Below, one piece after another: positions 1-10,567 of a stretch of DNA of 64,000 nucleotides. Source of the stretch: an uncultured Gemmatimonadales bacterium (lineage in GTDB: Bacteria; Gemmatimonadota; Gemmatimonadetes; Gemmatimonadales; Gemmatimonadaceae); contig CAWBZV010000003.1 of NCBI GenBank assembly GCA_963793305.1, forward strand, positions 1,280,001-1,344,000, written 5' to 3'. Position numbers and translations under genes: made by a program. Below the pieces are notes generated by a model. The model had not been told where the DNA came from. It did no database searches and was given only the letters and a program-made list of their open reading frames with translations. Position 1 is the first letter of the stretch. The number at the start of each line of letters is the position of its first letter.

Positions 1-441
1 GATCGGATGCGCGAACGCCGTGAGCGGCCCGACCTGCATTTCGCCCTCGGCGCCGCCGCCAGGCTCAATGTCGCTGGATGTGTTCGCGCGCATCAGCTCG
101 CGCACCGACGAGCTCTGCGCGGTGCCGTAGACGTCGAGGCTCAACTGATAGTGTAGCCCAGGGGCCTTACTGACATCGTACTTCGAGAGCGCGCGCCGCA
201 ACGCGCGCACATAGCTCTGGATGACCGGCGACATATGCGCAGGCATCTCGTGCGCCAATGCCCGACTGATCTCGGCCACGTTGTACGGCCGCTCGAGCGC
301 CGAGAGTGAGCGCATCGCGCCACGCGCGAGCAACGCGTCGAGATAAACGTACGCGTTGTCGCCGAGGGGAACGTCCGCAGAGCCTTGCGCGGCGAGCGGC
401 TGGGCCGCCACGAGGAATACCAAGAGTACGAGGCGGCGCAC
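1..441 (-). CDS. Secreted/outer-membrane protein, N-terminal part (runs off window start)
   Basis: Manual translation from GTG at 441: MRRLVLLVFLVAAQPLAAQGSADVPLGDNAYVYLDALLARG..., open to base 1. Signal peptide; directly downstream of the TBDR. Confidence 0.7.
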   Translation of the reverse strand, partial: MRRLVLLVFLVAAQPLAAQGSADVPLGDNAYVYLDALLARGAMRSLSALERPYNVAEISRALAHEMPAHMSPVIQSYVRALRRALSKYDVSKAPGLHYQLSLDVYGTAQSSSVRELMRANTSSDIEPGGGAEGEMQVGPLTAFAHPI

Positions 442-452
442 GCCCCAATGTA

Positions 453-2603
453 TCAGAGCGACGCGCCGACGGAAACCGTGAACGACCGTGGAAACGACGG
501 CGTAAGGAACGGCACCACGGGTGGATTCGCCGGCGGTGTCGTTGATCCATACGGGCCGAGCGAGTTCTGCGCCTCGATGCCGAACGTCGTGTATTGTCGG
601 TCGAACAGATTCTCGACACCAACGTCGACGTGGTATCGCTGGTAGTTCAACCTGACAGAGAGATCACTGACCGTGTAGCCTGGGATCTGGGGACGTTGGT
701 TCGACTCATCACCCCGCAGATACTGGCTCGAGTACCCGCGAATGGCGAACTCGGCGTCGATCAATACGGGGCCGATCAACCGCCCGATGCCGGCCCCGAC
801 GCGGCCGCAATGCAGTGGCGATGTCGGAAAGAGATCACCCGGTCGCGTCGGCTTCGGCGCGGTATCGGCCGTCTCGATGTTGACCGTGCTCTGATACGTC
901 GCGGCGACGTAGCTATACGATGCGAAGAGCCGCGCGCCGGCGGGGAGGCCGACCTGGCCGGACGCTTCGACGCCGGCCCGCCGGGTCTTCGACACGTTAA
1001 TGAAATAGACCTGCGTCACATTCGGGGCGGCGAACTGGATGTCGTCGATCACGTCGGTCCAGAACGCATCGATATCGAGATTCGAGTGGTGCGGCAGGTC
1101 GATATCGAACCCGCCCTCGTAGTCGCGCGACGAGACGGGCTTGAGCGTCGGGTCGGCGCCGAGCGCCGAGGGCAGCGCGCACGGCGCCGTCGCGCTGGCG
1201 CAGGCCAGCTCCAGCGGCGCCGGGGCGCGGAACCCGCTCTTGTAGGCAACGTATGCCTTGAGGTCGTCGGTGAACCGGTACGTGGCCCCGATCTCGGGCG
1301 AGAGCCGGTCGTAGGTGCTCGTGCCGTTGTTCGTCGCGTCGAGATCATCGCGGAAGGGGATGCGAATGTAGTCCTCGCGGACGCCGACCGTGATGTCGAG
1401 CGACGACGTTGGGCTGATGACGGCTTGTGCGTAGGCGGCCGCATTTTCCTGGCGAACATCGGCAAGCGTCGCGATCGAGTCCGGCATCCCGCCGCCGACG
1501 TTCACCAACCGGAAGTGCACGTTATCCCGCTCGTATTCAGCCCCGATCGTGAAGCCGATTTGGACCTGGCCAATCGCGAACGGACGGGTCCACTCCACCG
1601 TTCCGCCGCCTGACAGGTTGTAGATGTACCCATCGGTGTTGGGCGGCGGGACATTCCCGTTGAATTGCTCGTAATTGTTGCGGCGGCCGAAGAGTGTGCC
1701 GCGCACGATACCGCCGAACGCCGGTTGTGTTCCGCGCAAAATGAGATCGTACGCCTCCGGCGCGAAGAAATCCCCTGGCGTGTAGTTGATCTTCGGGTTG
1801 ATCTGGATGTAGTCCACCGGAAGCGAGCCCGCCTCGTAGATCTTGTCATGTGCGTAGAGCAGGCTGAGCGCGATGTCGCCGCTGTCGTGCGATGGACCCC
1901 ATTGGTAGCCGAGCGTCCCGAACACGTTGCGCGTGTTCGATGATGTCGCCTGGCGGTAGCCGGTTTCGTTGAGGCCGGTCGCGGCGATGAAGCCGTCGAT
2001 GCCGGCGACCTTCCCACCCGCGGTGACCGTCGCGGTCTGTTGCCCGAACGATCCCGCGCCGAGCGTGATGTCGGCCTCGGGGCGGTCGCCACCGCGCTTG
2101 GTATTGAGCAGGAGGGTCCCGCCGAGGGAGTTCCGGCCGAACAACACATTCGATCCGCGAATCAACGATGCCTGGTCGATAGCGGCCAATGGCAAGAGAT
2201 CGAAGTTCACCTCCTGTGCATCGGGCTCATTGAGGCGCATCCCGTCGAGAAACACACTGACGCCCTGAGGCGTGCCGACGATCGGTGAGACGGTGAAGCC
2301 GCGTACCTCGAGCTCGGGCTGGAGCCGCGCGCCCTGGTCGTCGAAGAACGTCACGCCCGGAAGGTTGAGCAGCGCATTACTCACCGCATCGGGGCCCGGG
2401 GTGGTCTTGTGCAGGTCCAATGGCTCGACTTGTGATGGCGTGCGCTCATCGACGGTGGACAGTCGCGTACCTGTGACCACGACCGTCGCCAATTTATGCT
2501 TGGCCGCGGCGATCGAGTCCGCCCGTCGCGCGCTATCGCTTTGGGGTTGCTGTGCGCGCAAGCCGCCGGCGGTGACAAGCAGGAGTACGACCAGTCGTTT
2601 CAC
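453..2603 (-). CDS. TonB-dependent receptor
   Basis: Signal peptide, TonB-box-like VVVTGTR, plug (VRGF...VSVFLDG...GRNSLGGTL), C-terminal ENLFDRQY...PRSFTVSVGASL. GTG start overlaps the upstream TGA. Confidence 0.9.
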   Translation of the reverse strand: MKRLVVLLLVTAGGLRAQQPQSDSARRADSIAAAKHKLATVVVTGTRLSTVDERTPSQVEPLDLHKTTPGPDAVSNALLNLPGVTFFDDQGARLQPELEVRGFTVSPIVGTPQGVSVFLDGMRLNEPDAQEVNFDLLPLAAIDQASLIRGSNVLFGRNSLGGTLLLNTKRGGDRPEADITLGAGSFGQQTATVTAGGKVAGIDGFIAATGLNETGYRQATSSNTRNVFGTLGYQWGPSHDSGDIALSLLYAHDKIYEAGSLPVDYIQINPKINYTPGDFFAPEAYDLILRGTQPAFGGIVRGTLFGRRNNYEQFNGNVPPPNTDGYIYNLSGGGTVEWTRPFAIGQVQIGFTIGAEYERDNVHFRLVNVGGGMPDSIATLADVRQENAAAYAQAVISPTSSLDITVGVREDYIRIPFRDDLDATNNGTSTYDRLSPEIGATYRFTDDLKAYVAYKSGFRAPAPLELACASATAPCALPSALGADPTLKPVSSRDYEGGFDIDLPHHSNLDIDAFWTDVIDDIQFAAPNVTQVYFINVSKTRRAGVEASGQVGLPAGARLFASYSYVAATYQSTVNIETADTAPKPTRPGDLFPTSPLHCGRVGAGIGRLIGPVLIDAEFAIRGYSSQYLRGDESNQRPQIPGYTVSDLSVRLNYQRYHVDVGVENLFDRQYTTFGIEAQNSLGPYGSTTPPANPPVVPFLTPSFPRSFTVSVGASL

Positions 2604-3076
2604 GATCCGGACACGTCGCACCCGACGGGCCGCGAGATGAACCGCACGGGATCGCGTTTCGAGAACGCGCGCGTGCCCGCCTGATCTTCGTAGAGCACGA
2701 CACAGTCGACGACCTGACCCGGAAGACTGATCGTGAGCAAGCCGTCATCCCCGCGACCGCCGCCGTCGAGGTTGAAGCAGCAGACATCGTGCACGCGCGT
2801 GGCGCCGGCCGTGCTCGCGTGCACGGTTGGGAGGCTGCGCACGACCAGGCCGACGACGAGCACGGCCGCGGCGGCCGTCATGATCGCGGCGTATGGCTGG
2901 CGCGCGGGCCTGACTTGCTTCAGGAGACGAGTGGCAGCACGACCGTCCGCGCTCACGCGGTCGAGCCGCCGCCGGCAGTCCGCGCACGAGCGCAGATGCC
3001 CGGCGAGCTCACGCGTCAACGCGAGCCCAAGCTCTCCGTCGAGAAATGTGCGGATGGTTCCGTCGCTGTAGTGCAT
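2600..3076 (-). CDS. zf-HC2 anti-sigma factor with TM helix and small Cys-containing C-terminal domain
   Basis: FLDGEL...HLRSCADC (HxxxCxxC), TM AAAAVLVVGLVV, downstream of an ECF sigma factor. Confidence 0.85.
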   Translation of the reverse strand: MHYSDGTIRTFLDGELGLALTRELAGHLRSCADCRRRLDRVSADGRAATRLLKQVRPARQPYAAIMTAAAAVLVVGLVVRSLPTVHASTAGATRVHDVCCFNLDGGGRGDDGLLTISLPGQVVDCVVLYEDQAGTRAFSKRDPVRFISRPVGCDVSGS

Positions 3077-3558
3077 AGTTGCCTCTGGTAGTCGCTGAGA
3101 AACCGCCAATGCGCTCTCGTCAACAGCGATCCGATGGATGACTCGGCCAGCCCGAGCTGATGGGCGATCTCGCGGTAGCGCACGCCGTCATGGTGCAGCA
3201 GCAGGAGCTGGCGATCGCGATCCGGCAGCGCCCGGAGCACGCAGCGCACGGACTCGATCACCTCATCTTGGAGCAGCGCCTGATCAGGAGGAGGCGCCGT
3301 CGTATCCACCGGCGCGGGCGTGAGCCGCTCGCGCCGGGCCTTCGTGCGCTTGCTATCGATCGCCAGCCTACCGGCGACCGTGAACAACCAGGCCGATGGA
3401 TCCTTCGGCTGTTGATCGAGCAGTCGAATGAATGCGTCCTGCGCGACATCCTCGGCCTCGTCCCGACTGCCGAGTCGCCGATAGATCGCACCGACCAACC
3501 GCGGATACCACTTCACGAACAGTCGGTCGATGCGCCGCTCCGCGGCGCGTCGAGGCAA
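3016..3558 (-). CDS. ECF RNA polymerase sigma-70 factor (start uncertain)
   Basis: Region 2 AEDVAQDAFIRL...AWLFTVA; region 4 LPDRDRQLLLL...YREIAHQLG...SIGSLLTRA. Confidence 0.88.
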   Translation of the reverse strand: MPRRAAERRIDRLFVKWYPRLVGAIYRRLGSRDEAEDVAQDAFIRLLDQQPKDPSAWLFTVAGRLAIDSKRTKARRERLTPAPVDTTAPPPDQALLQDEVIESVRCVLRALPDRDRQLLLLHHDGVRYREIAHQLGLAESSIGSLLTRAHWRFLSDYQRQLCTTATEPSAHFSTESLGSR

Positions 3559-3588
3559 CGCGCTTCGCGCTTGCTCGACTGGTCGGTT
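3533..3588 (-). repeat. Structured dispersed repeat (REP-like), copy 1
   Basis: Minus strand AACCGACCAGTCGAGCA-agcgcgaagcgcgt-TGCCTCGACGCGCCGCGGAGCGGCG; matches 21884-21944. Confidence 0.7.
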
Positions 3589-3681
3589 CTCCTCCGGGGG
3601 GCAACCGCAACTACGCCCCCCGGACCCCCCACTCTGGCTGCCTACACGAGGGTGCACAATCTCATGGACGTTCTGAGGAGG

Positions 3682-5806
3682 CTAAAGCCGGACGGTCGCT
3701 CCCAAATAAGCCGTGCGGCCCTGTGCCGGGATGATCCCCGGACCCGGGTACTCGACCGCGCGGAACGTGAAATAGTACGCGTTCAGGAGATTGTCGATAC
3801 CGAAGTGCAACTGGTAGCGTGGCCCGAGCTCGACATGCGCGCTCCAGTCGTACACCCGGTACGCCGGAATCACGCCGACGCTCGGGTCGGCCGGGTCCAC
3901 CACGGCATTGCTGGCATCGCCGTATTGCGTGGCCGTGTAGTTCCACGTGACCGTCGTCGAGAATGGGCCGTAGCCGATCGTCGGGCCGACGCGATTCGTG
4001 ATCGGCGGGGCATATTCGACGACGTTGCCCGCGTATTGGCCGTTCACGTAATGCGCGTTGACCCAAGCGAACGAATCGAACAGCGACACCCGCCAACGTC
4101 CGCCGTGGAAGAGATCGACGTTGAGATAGCTCTCGATGCCATAATGCCGGCTGTTCGCGACGTTGGTGGTCTCAGTGATCGAATCGTTGACCAATACGGT
4201 GCCGATGCGATCCCCGTACCAGAGATAGAACGCATTGACATCGCCACTGACGGGCCCCATTCGTCCACGGATCCCAACATCACCAGTATACCCGCTGGAG
4301 TGGTGCAGATTGGGATCGATGACAGCCGTGTTGGCGGCGCCGAACGGAATCAAATTGTCGTAGGTGATAGGCCGATACGCTTGCGTCAAATTGCCGTAGA
4401 GCGTGATCGGTGCGTCCAGCGCGTATTCCACGCCGAGGGAGCCGAGCGCGAACGTCTGCGAGCGCGCGTCATAGGGGATGTTCCCGTCGTCGATCGTGAC
4501 CCCATGAATGGCACTCCGCAGCCACTCCGCGCGCACGCCAGGCGTGACCGTGAGCTTATCGGTGAGATGCACGGCCTCCTGCACATACCCCGCGACGTTC
4601 TGCGTCAGGAAGTGCATGTCGGTGGTGTACGGCTGCACCAGGCGCATCGTAAAGTTCGACCCGTCGGTCCCGACGCCGTCCTCTTGTCGGTGCATAAGCC
4701 CATTGAACAGCCGCAACCCGGTTGCGAGATTCGGCGTGCGAGCCGAATAGCGAGTGCTGATATCCGAGTCGCGATTCGAGAATGGCATTCGCGAACCGCT
4801 CGCGCTCCACCTCGCGAGGCCCGCCGCTATCGATGGCCTGCGGCCCCCCGTCCTCGTTGCGCCACACGAGATACCGCTGGCTCAGCGTGCCGGACAGCTG
4901 GTTCGTCCACGTGAGCCCGGGCGCCAGGTGCCACGTGGTGACGTTCTCGAGAATCCCCCACGGCGAGGCGAGCCAGTTGCGCTTCCGCTCCGAGAGTTGC
5001 GGGTTCGCGTAGAACTCTGAGTCGTCGAACCCGCCCGGCATGTGCACGTTATTCCCGTACACGGTCAGCTGGAGCGACGACGACAGGTTCTCGTTCGCGT
5101 GGTACGTGATCGACCCGTATGCGTCCTCTTCCTCGAAGTTCGAGTTCTGCCGCCACCCGGCGGCGCCTTGATACTTGCCGAACACGTAATACGTGAACTT
5201 GCCGCTGCCGCCGGCGATCGAGCCGAACGTATCGGTCTCGCCAAAGCTCTCGCCGGTCTCGCCAACGGTGATCTGTGGCGCGGTGTTCAGCGCGCCGTCC
5301 TTGAGCACGAAGTTGATCATGCCGCCGAACTGCGGTCCGTACTCCAGCCCGGACGCGCCGCGCACGACCTCGACGTGATCGACCGCCTCGAACGGCGGCG
5401 AGTAGTAGATCTCGGGATATCCGTAGAGGTCGCCAGCGAGGTTGACGCCGTTCTGCCGCATGTTGACTTCGACCGACTGGCGCGGCTCGAGCCCGCGGAA
5501 GCCGATGCCATCGGACGGGAATCCGCTGGCGCGTGTCTCCGAGATATTCGCGCCGGGGACCTGCCCGAGGACTTCGCGATAGTTGTCGTTCGTCGTGTTC
5601 GCGCTCAGGGAGTCGACGCGCAGGAGGGTCGTCGGCACGCCGGTGTAGATGTGGCCCGTGGTGTCGTCACCGAGCCGGGTGACGCCGGGGTTGGCGGGGC
5701 GCGGGGCCTTGATGACCGTCTGCGGGAGACGGTGCGCCGTGGTGTCTTGGGCTGAGACCTGAGCAGCCGCAAAGACTAAAAGGGATAGAATTACTCGGCT
5801 TTGCAT
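3682..5806 (-). CDS. FecA-like TonB-dependent receptor, frameshifted near 4735
   Basis: N-half (signal, plug GIGFRG...RGASGLEYGPQFGG) in the 4556..5842 frame; C-half (barrel, DNLLNAYY...GRTAYLGATVRL) in the 3682..4788 frame. Confidence 0.85.
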
Positions 5807-5848
5807 GGCGCCGAAACTATCGCCATGATGTAATCCCGACAAGATCTG

Positions 5849-6961
5849 TCAGGTATCGAGTATGCGCCTGACCGTCTCGATCTCGTCGGCAGTGTTGTAG
5901 ACGTGTGGCGAGAAGCGCAGCAGGATGCCCTTCAGGGGCCCAAGGTCGACATCGCGGGACGAATAACCGACCCCAGCCGTATTTAGCCGTCCGCGAACGC
6001 CGGGATCATCGGTCAAGCATGACACAATCCCTGCGCTTCGCTTGGGATCTTGTGGAGTGAGAAGGCGCATGCGTTGGATCTTCGAGATCCCGTCGGATAG
6101 TTGTCGAGCCAGTGCGTGGATCTGCCGTCCAATATTCTCGACGCCGGCGTCGAACAGCACCTCGAGACTCGCATTGAGCCCGACGAAATCCTGATACGGC
6201 ATCGTCGCCACCTCGAACCGCCGGGCATCGTCGAGATACGCGAACCGCGCCGGCACGAGCTTGGAGAGATCGTGCGACTGTTGCATCCCCAACCACCCGC
6301 CGGTCGCGGGTTCGATGCGGGTAATAAGTGGCCGCCGCACATACACGAACCCTGTCCCCCATGGCGCGCGCAGCCACTTCTGCGCCCCGGACACGAGGAC
6401 GTCGATCGGCAGTCGCGACACGTCGATCGGCACGACGCCGAGTCCCTGGATGGCATCGACGACGAACCACGCCCCAACTTCGCGACACGCCGTCCCGATC
6501 GCTTCGAGATCCGCCCGGTCGCCGGACATGTACGACACCCACGACAGCGCGACGAGCCCGATATCGCCGGTCTCGATGCGACTCACGAGCGCCTGGTGAT
6601 CCGGCAGCCCGTCACACAGCGGGATGACCTCATACGGCCGCCCGTCCCGCCGCGCCCGCGCCATCCACGGATAGATGTTCGCGGGAAACTCGGCCTCGTG
6701 CGACAAAATCGCTCGCCCAGGCGCGATCGGCAGGGAGAGCGACGCCACGTGCAGCCCGGTGCTCGTGTTCGGCACGAGCGCGATCTCGTCAGCCGCCGCG
6801 CCGATCAGCCGCGCGCAGAGCGTGCGAGACTCGGCGAGTACGCCGAATGTCTCGTCGATCGTGATCGTCCACGGCGCCGCCCGCTTCGCGTTGAACTCGG
6901 CGATGACATCGACCGTTCGCTTGGGCAACGGCCCCGTGCCGGCCGCATTGAGATAAATCAT
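5849..6961 (-). CDS. Aminotransferase class V (cysteine desulfurase-like PLP enzyme)
   Basis: IYLNAAGTGP, VVDAIQGLG, SGAQKWL PLP lysine, RFSPHVYNT. ATGA overlap with the upstream gene. Confidence 0.88.
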   Translation of the reverse strand: MIYLNAAGTGPLPKRTVDVIAEFNAKRAAPWTITIDETFGVLAESRTLCARLIGAAADEIALVPNTSTGLHVASLSLPIAPGRAILSHEAEFPANIYPWMARARRDGRPYEVIPLCDGLPDHQALVSRIETGDIGLVALSWVSYMSGDRADLEAIGTACREVGAWFVVDAIQGLGVVPIDVSRLPIDVLVSGAQKWLRAPWGTGFVYVRRPLITRIEPATGGWLGMQQSHDLSKLVPARFAYLDDARRFEVATMPYQDFVGLNASLEVLFDAGVENIGRQIHALARQLSDGISKIQRMRLLTPQDPKRSAGIVSCLTDDPGVRGRLNTAGVGYSSRDVDLGPLKGILLRFSPHVYNTADEIETVRRILDT

Positions 6962-9312
6962 AGGCCCGCGGGCGGTCGGCGCCGGAATACGGGGTATGGC
7001 ACGTCTGGCCCCTTGATGGTCTCCCACAATACGCGATTGAGCACCCGGGAGTCGGCGGCGTCCGCGACCCGAAAATCAAGTGTGCTCGACACTCGCGCAA
7101 CCTTGCCCGTGTCAGGATTGTGCTCGGCCAGATCGATGTTGGCCACGTGCGCCGTGTATGGCGTCGTATCCGGCACGGTACGCCAAATGCCTCGCAGCGG
7201 CCGACCGTAGGCGTCGAACTGCGACATCGAGGGAAGCTTCAAGATCTCCTCGATCGTCCGAATCACGTCCGTCGTGTTCGTGAAGCAATGGACCACGCCG
7301 CCGCGTGTCCACGGCGAGATCACGAGGAACGGCGCCCGATGCGAGTCGACGTGGTCGGCGCCATCCTGCGCGTCGTCCTCGACCACGAACACCGCCGTGC
7401 TGCGCCAGAAACGCGAGTGCGACAGCGCGTCGATCATGCGGCCGAGCGCCCAGTCGTTGTCCGCCATGTACGCGCGCGGCGTTGGCGCTCTGGGGGTAGC
7501 GCCGGCCGTGTGATCATTCGGCAGCGTCAGGATCTCGAGCGCGGGCATCGATCCATCGCGCTCGAATTTGTGCAGCTCATCGATCCACACTTCGGCCCGC
7601 GCCTGGTCAGTGACTTTGACGTCGAATCCGGCATACGTCGGGCACGTGCGCGCGGCGAGCGCCGGCTTGGACGCCGTCACGATCCCGTGCGACGTGGCAT
7701 CCTCGGCGCTCCGGCCGTGCTCGACCGCGAACTCGCCATAGTTGCGCAAGCTGAGTCCCTTAGCTACCGCGAGATCCCACAAGTATCCCGCCGCGGGGGC
7801 GGCAACGTCGTCTCCATCCGCGGGGACATCCTTTCGATTCGTGCCATCGTAGTCGTAGTCGCGGCCGCGATCGGAGTAGTTGTCCGGTGTCGTCTTCTCC
7901 GTATAGTCCGTCGCGTACGCGGCCGTCGACCACTGATGGCCGTCGGCGCTCACTTCGGCGTTCACGAAGAACCGATCGTAGAGCCCGAATCGGTCGGCCA
8001 GCGCATGGTGGTTGGGCGACACGAATCGGCCGAAGAACACGAGCGACGTGTCGCCATCGCCCTGTGCCTCGTCGCCGAAGACCTGGTCGTAGGTTCGGTT
8101 CTCCTTGATGATGTAGACCACGTGCTCGATCGGCGGATAGCCCCTAGCCGCCGTGTCCTGCGCCCACCCCCACCCATTTGCCTGCGCGACGCGACTCCCG
8201 TAGGCATCTCGCCCGGGAACGATCGTGAGGGTCCCCGAGAGTTGTCCGAGCGTGTAGCCGAACGGGTCCGAGCTCTTGGCGCCGATCCGGTATCCCGTGG
8301 CCTCGTTCGGCCGCGATCCGTGGCCCTTGGCGTTCGCCACGTACAGCGTGTCGCCCGGACCCGCGACGACCGCGGTCGGATACCACTCGACCGGGATGCG
8401 GCCGACGATCGAATCGGTGTCGAGATCAATTTGCGCAACGGCATTGTTGTCCGACTCGGCCACATATAACCGTCGCCCTGATATCGTGATGCCCTCGGGC
8501 GTACTCCCCTCACTCGCTCCTGGTACCGAGTCCGCGATGTGCTTGACCACAGTCAGCGTCTTGGTATCCACGACGTCAATGCGATCGGTGCTCGCCGAGA
8601 CGACGTAGAGGTTCGTCCCATCGAGCAGCATAGACGAGGGGTGTCGCGACACATCGATGCGTTTGTTCCGCGGGAACACCGAAACCGTGTGGCTGCCCCA
8701 GGCCGAGACGAAAATCGTTCCGTCTTTGTCGACGACGACCGCATACGGATAGCGCCCGGTTGGCAGTCTCCGCCGCACCCTGCGAGACGCCAGATCGATT
8801 ATCGCCAGCGAGTCATCGAGGTTCTCAGCGACGTACAGCGTCTTGCCATCCGGCGACACGCCGAGACCAGCGGGATAGCGCTGTCCTTTCTTTGCCGAGA
8901 GCCGGATGCTGTCGGTGAGTGATGCGCTGTCGTGGCGCCAAGCATAGACATAGACGTTGTCGCCAAACCCGCCGGAGGCATAGAGCTTCGTCCCGTCGGG
9001 CGAGAACGCGAGCCCGACGAACGCGGCCGGTTGCTGGAGCGTCTGCATGACGTTGCCGGAGGCTCGATCGACAACCTGTAGGCCCTGCTGTCGATAAGAG
9101 CCGAGGAGCAACACGATTCGCGCGCTGTCGGGCGACAGCAGCTCTGTCGTCGGAAAGTCCCCTATGTCGACGCTTCGCCCCGCGGGATCGAGCCGGGCGC
9201 CAGTGGGAAGCCGCCCGAGATCGGCGTCGAACGTGCTAGCGCTGTCGGTCGTCCCGCACGCGGCGAGCAGCGACAGACACGCAACCGTGAAAGTTCGGAT
9301 TATTCGCTGCAT
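6958..9312 (-). CDS. YVTN beta-propeller plus phosphoesterase (alkaline-phosphatase-like) lipoprotein
   Basis: Lipobox LLAAC; propeller repeats (SPDGKTLYVA); IEHVVYIIKENRTYDQVFGD, SADGHQW, LPNDHT, VEDDAQDGADHVDSHR. Confidence 0.88.
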   Translation of the reverse strand: MQRIIRTFTVACLSLLAACGTTDSASTFDADLGRLPTGARLDPAGRSVDIGDFPTTELLSPDSARIVLLLGSYRQQGLQVVDRASGNVMQTLQQPAAFVGLAFSPDGTKLYASGGFGDNVYVYAWRHDSASLTDSIRLSAKKGQRYPAGLGVSPDGKTLYVAENLDDSLAIIDLASRRVRRRLPTGRYPYAVVVDKDGTIFVSAWGSHTVSVFPRNKRIDVSRHPSSMLLDGTNLYVVSASTDRIDVVDTKTLTVVKHIADSVPGASEGSTPEGITISGRRLYVAESDNNAVAQIDLDTDSIVGRIPVEWYPTAVVAGPGDTLYVANAKGHGSRPNEATGYRIGAKSSDPFGYTLGQLSGTLTIVPGRDAYGSRVAQANGWGWAQDTAARGYPPIEHVVYIIKENRTYDQVFGDEAQGDGDTSLVFFGRFVSPNHHALADRFGLYDRFFVNAEVSADGHQWSTAAYATDYTEKTTPDNYSDRGRDYDYDGTNRKDVPADGDDVAAPAAGYLWDLAVAKGLSLRNYGEFAVEHGRSAEDATSHGIVTASKPALAARTCPTYAGFDVKVTDQARAEVWIDELHKFERDGSMPALEILTLPNDHTAGATPRAPTPRAYMADNDWALGRMIDALSHSRFWRSTAVFVVEDDAQDGADHVDSHRAPFLVISPWTRGGVVHCFTNTTDVIRTIEEILKLPSMSQFDAYGRPLRGIWRTVPDTTPYTAHVANIDLAEHNPDTGKVARVSSTLDFRVADAADSRVLNRVLWETIKGPDVPYPVFRRRPPAGL

Positions 9313-10567
9313 ACCCGGAGACAGGGAATGTGACGTCAGTCCCGTACGGGAGGCCAGCGACCGGACTGACTCCAGTCGGGAAAACGGTCTCCGGGCCTCT
9401 CCCGTACTGGCCAATGAGCCGACGAAGATCGCCCATCCGATGGGCGGTGAGGAAGAGCCAGAATGCTCGTTCCGAGAAAACCTGGTCGACCTGCGCGCTA
9501 TCGTCAGCGGGTTCGACCAGGGGCGCCAGCGACGGTTGAAACTCGCTCCGGAGATTGTTCAGCGTCGTCGCGTAATCTCCAGCAACCGCGCCGTGCTGCT
9601 GCGCCTCAGCCAAGATCAATCGCGCCTCGACGCCGTCGGCGAGGTTGATGTCCGATGCGGCCGTCGGGTACTTGAGCTCGCTGATCAGGTCGGTGTTCGG
9701 CTGCAGGCTATACCCGGGCGCGCCCGTCGAGTCGAAGGTCACGCGCGGGTCGTGGGCCGAAACGAATGGCAAGCCGTTGCCGCCTTCGCGGTCGAACATG
9801 CTGAAGTAGCCGTTCTCCGGTCCGAAGTACCAGACGCCATTGTTCTGGCGCTGAGTGTTCGTCGAGTACTCGATCACGTACACGAACGAATCGGGCACGG
9901 CCGCCACGGCCGCCGCCGCGTCGCTGTATCGTCCCATGTCGAGCAACACCCGGGCAGTCCCGACTCTGGCCAGGTTCTTCGTCGTACTATCGGGCGCCGC
10001 CGCCAATGCGCCGGCGAAACGGGCGAGCGCCCGAGCGTAGATCGAATCGGTTGTCAAAGGCTGGCCGTAGCTGATCGATCCACCGTCGGAGATCGAGCTG
10101 AACGGAACACCAGAGCAGTAGATCTCGCCGAACAGCGCGTACGTGTATCCAGCGAGACTCAACGACTCGCTGTACCCTGCATCGTGGGGCAGATACTGCT
10201 GATAGAGGCTCGCCGACTTCTCGGTTGCCACGCGGGCCTTGGCCACATCCGCGAAGAGTGCATCCAGCTGCGCGTTGTTGTCCGACGCCTGTCGCAAGTC
10301 GACATCGACCCGCGTTTGGTACGTATCGAGATCGACGTACTCGTCGGTCATGAGCGCCGTCATGTTGATCTCCCCTTCGTGCCCACCGCCGGAGAGATCT
10401 CCGGCACCACCGTAGGCGACGGCGAATTGCCCGATGGCGCCGAGCCGCAATGAGGCGAGTTGAGCAGGGCTTTCGGCAGTTGCCGGCGAAACAATGTCGT
10501 GATCGCTGACCGTCGTATCGCACGCCACGAGGCCGAGCGCGATCACGGGGACGAGGCGCTTTACCAT
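9236..10567 (-). CDS. SusD/RagB-like lipoprotein
   Basis: Lipobox LVAC; EIYCSGVPFS, EARLILAEA, ERAFWLFLTAHRMGDLRRL; directly downstream of SusC. Confidence 0.88.
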   Translation of the reverse strand: MVKRLVPVIALGLVACDTTVSDHDIVSPATAESPAQLASLRLGAIGQFAVAYGGAGDLSGGGHEGEINMTALMTDEYVDLDTYQTRVDVDLRQASDNNAQLDALFADVAKARVATEKSASLYQQYLPHDAGYSESLSLAGYTYALFGEIYCSGVPFSSISDGGSISYGQPLTTDSIYARALARFAGALAAAPDSTTKNLARVGTARVLLDMGRYSDAAAAVAAVPDSFVYVIEYSTNTQRQNNGVWYFGPENGYFSMFDREGGNGLPFVSAHDPRVTFDSTGAPGYSLQPNTDLISELKYPTAASDINLADGVEARLILAEAQQHGAVAGDYATTLNNLRSEFQPSLAPLVEPADDSAQVDQVFSERAFWLFLTAHRMGDLRRLIGQYGRGPETVFPTGVSPVAGLPYGTDVTFPVSGYAANNPNFHGCVSVAARRVRDDRQR

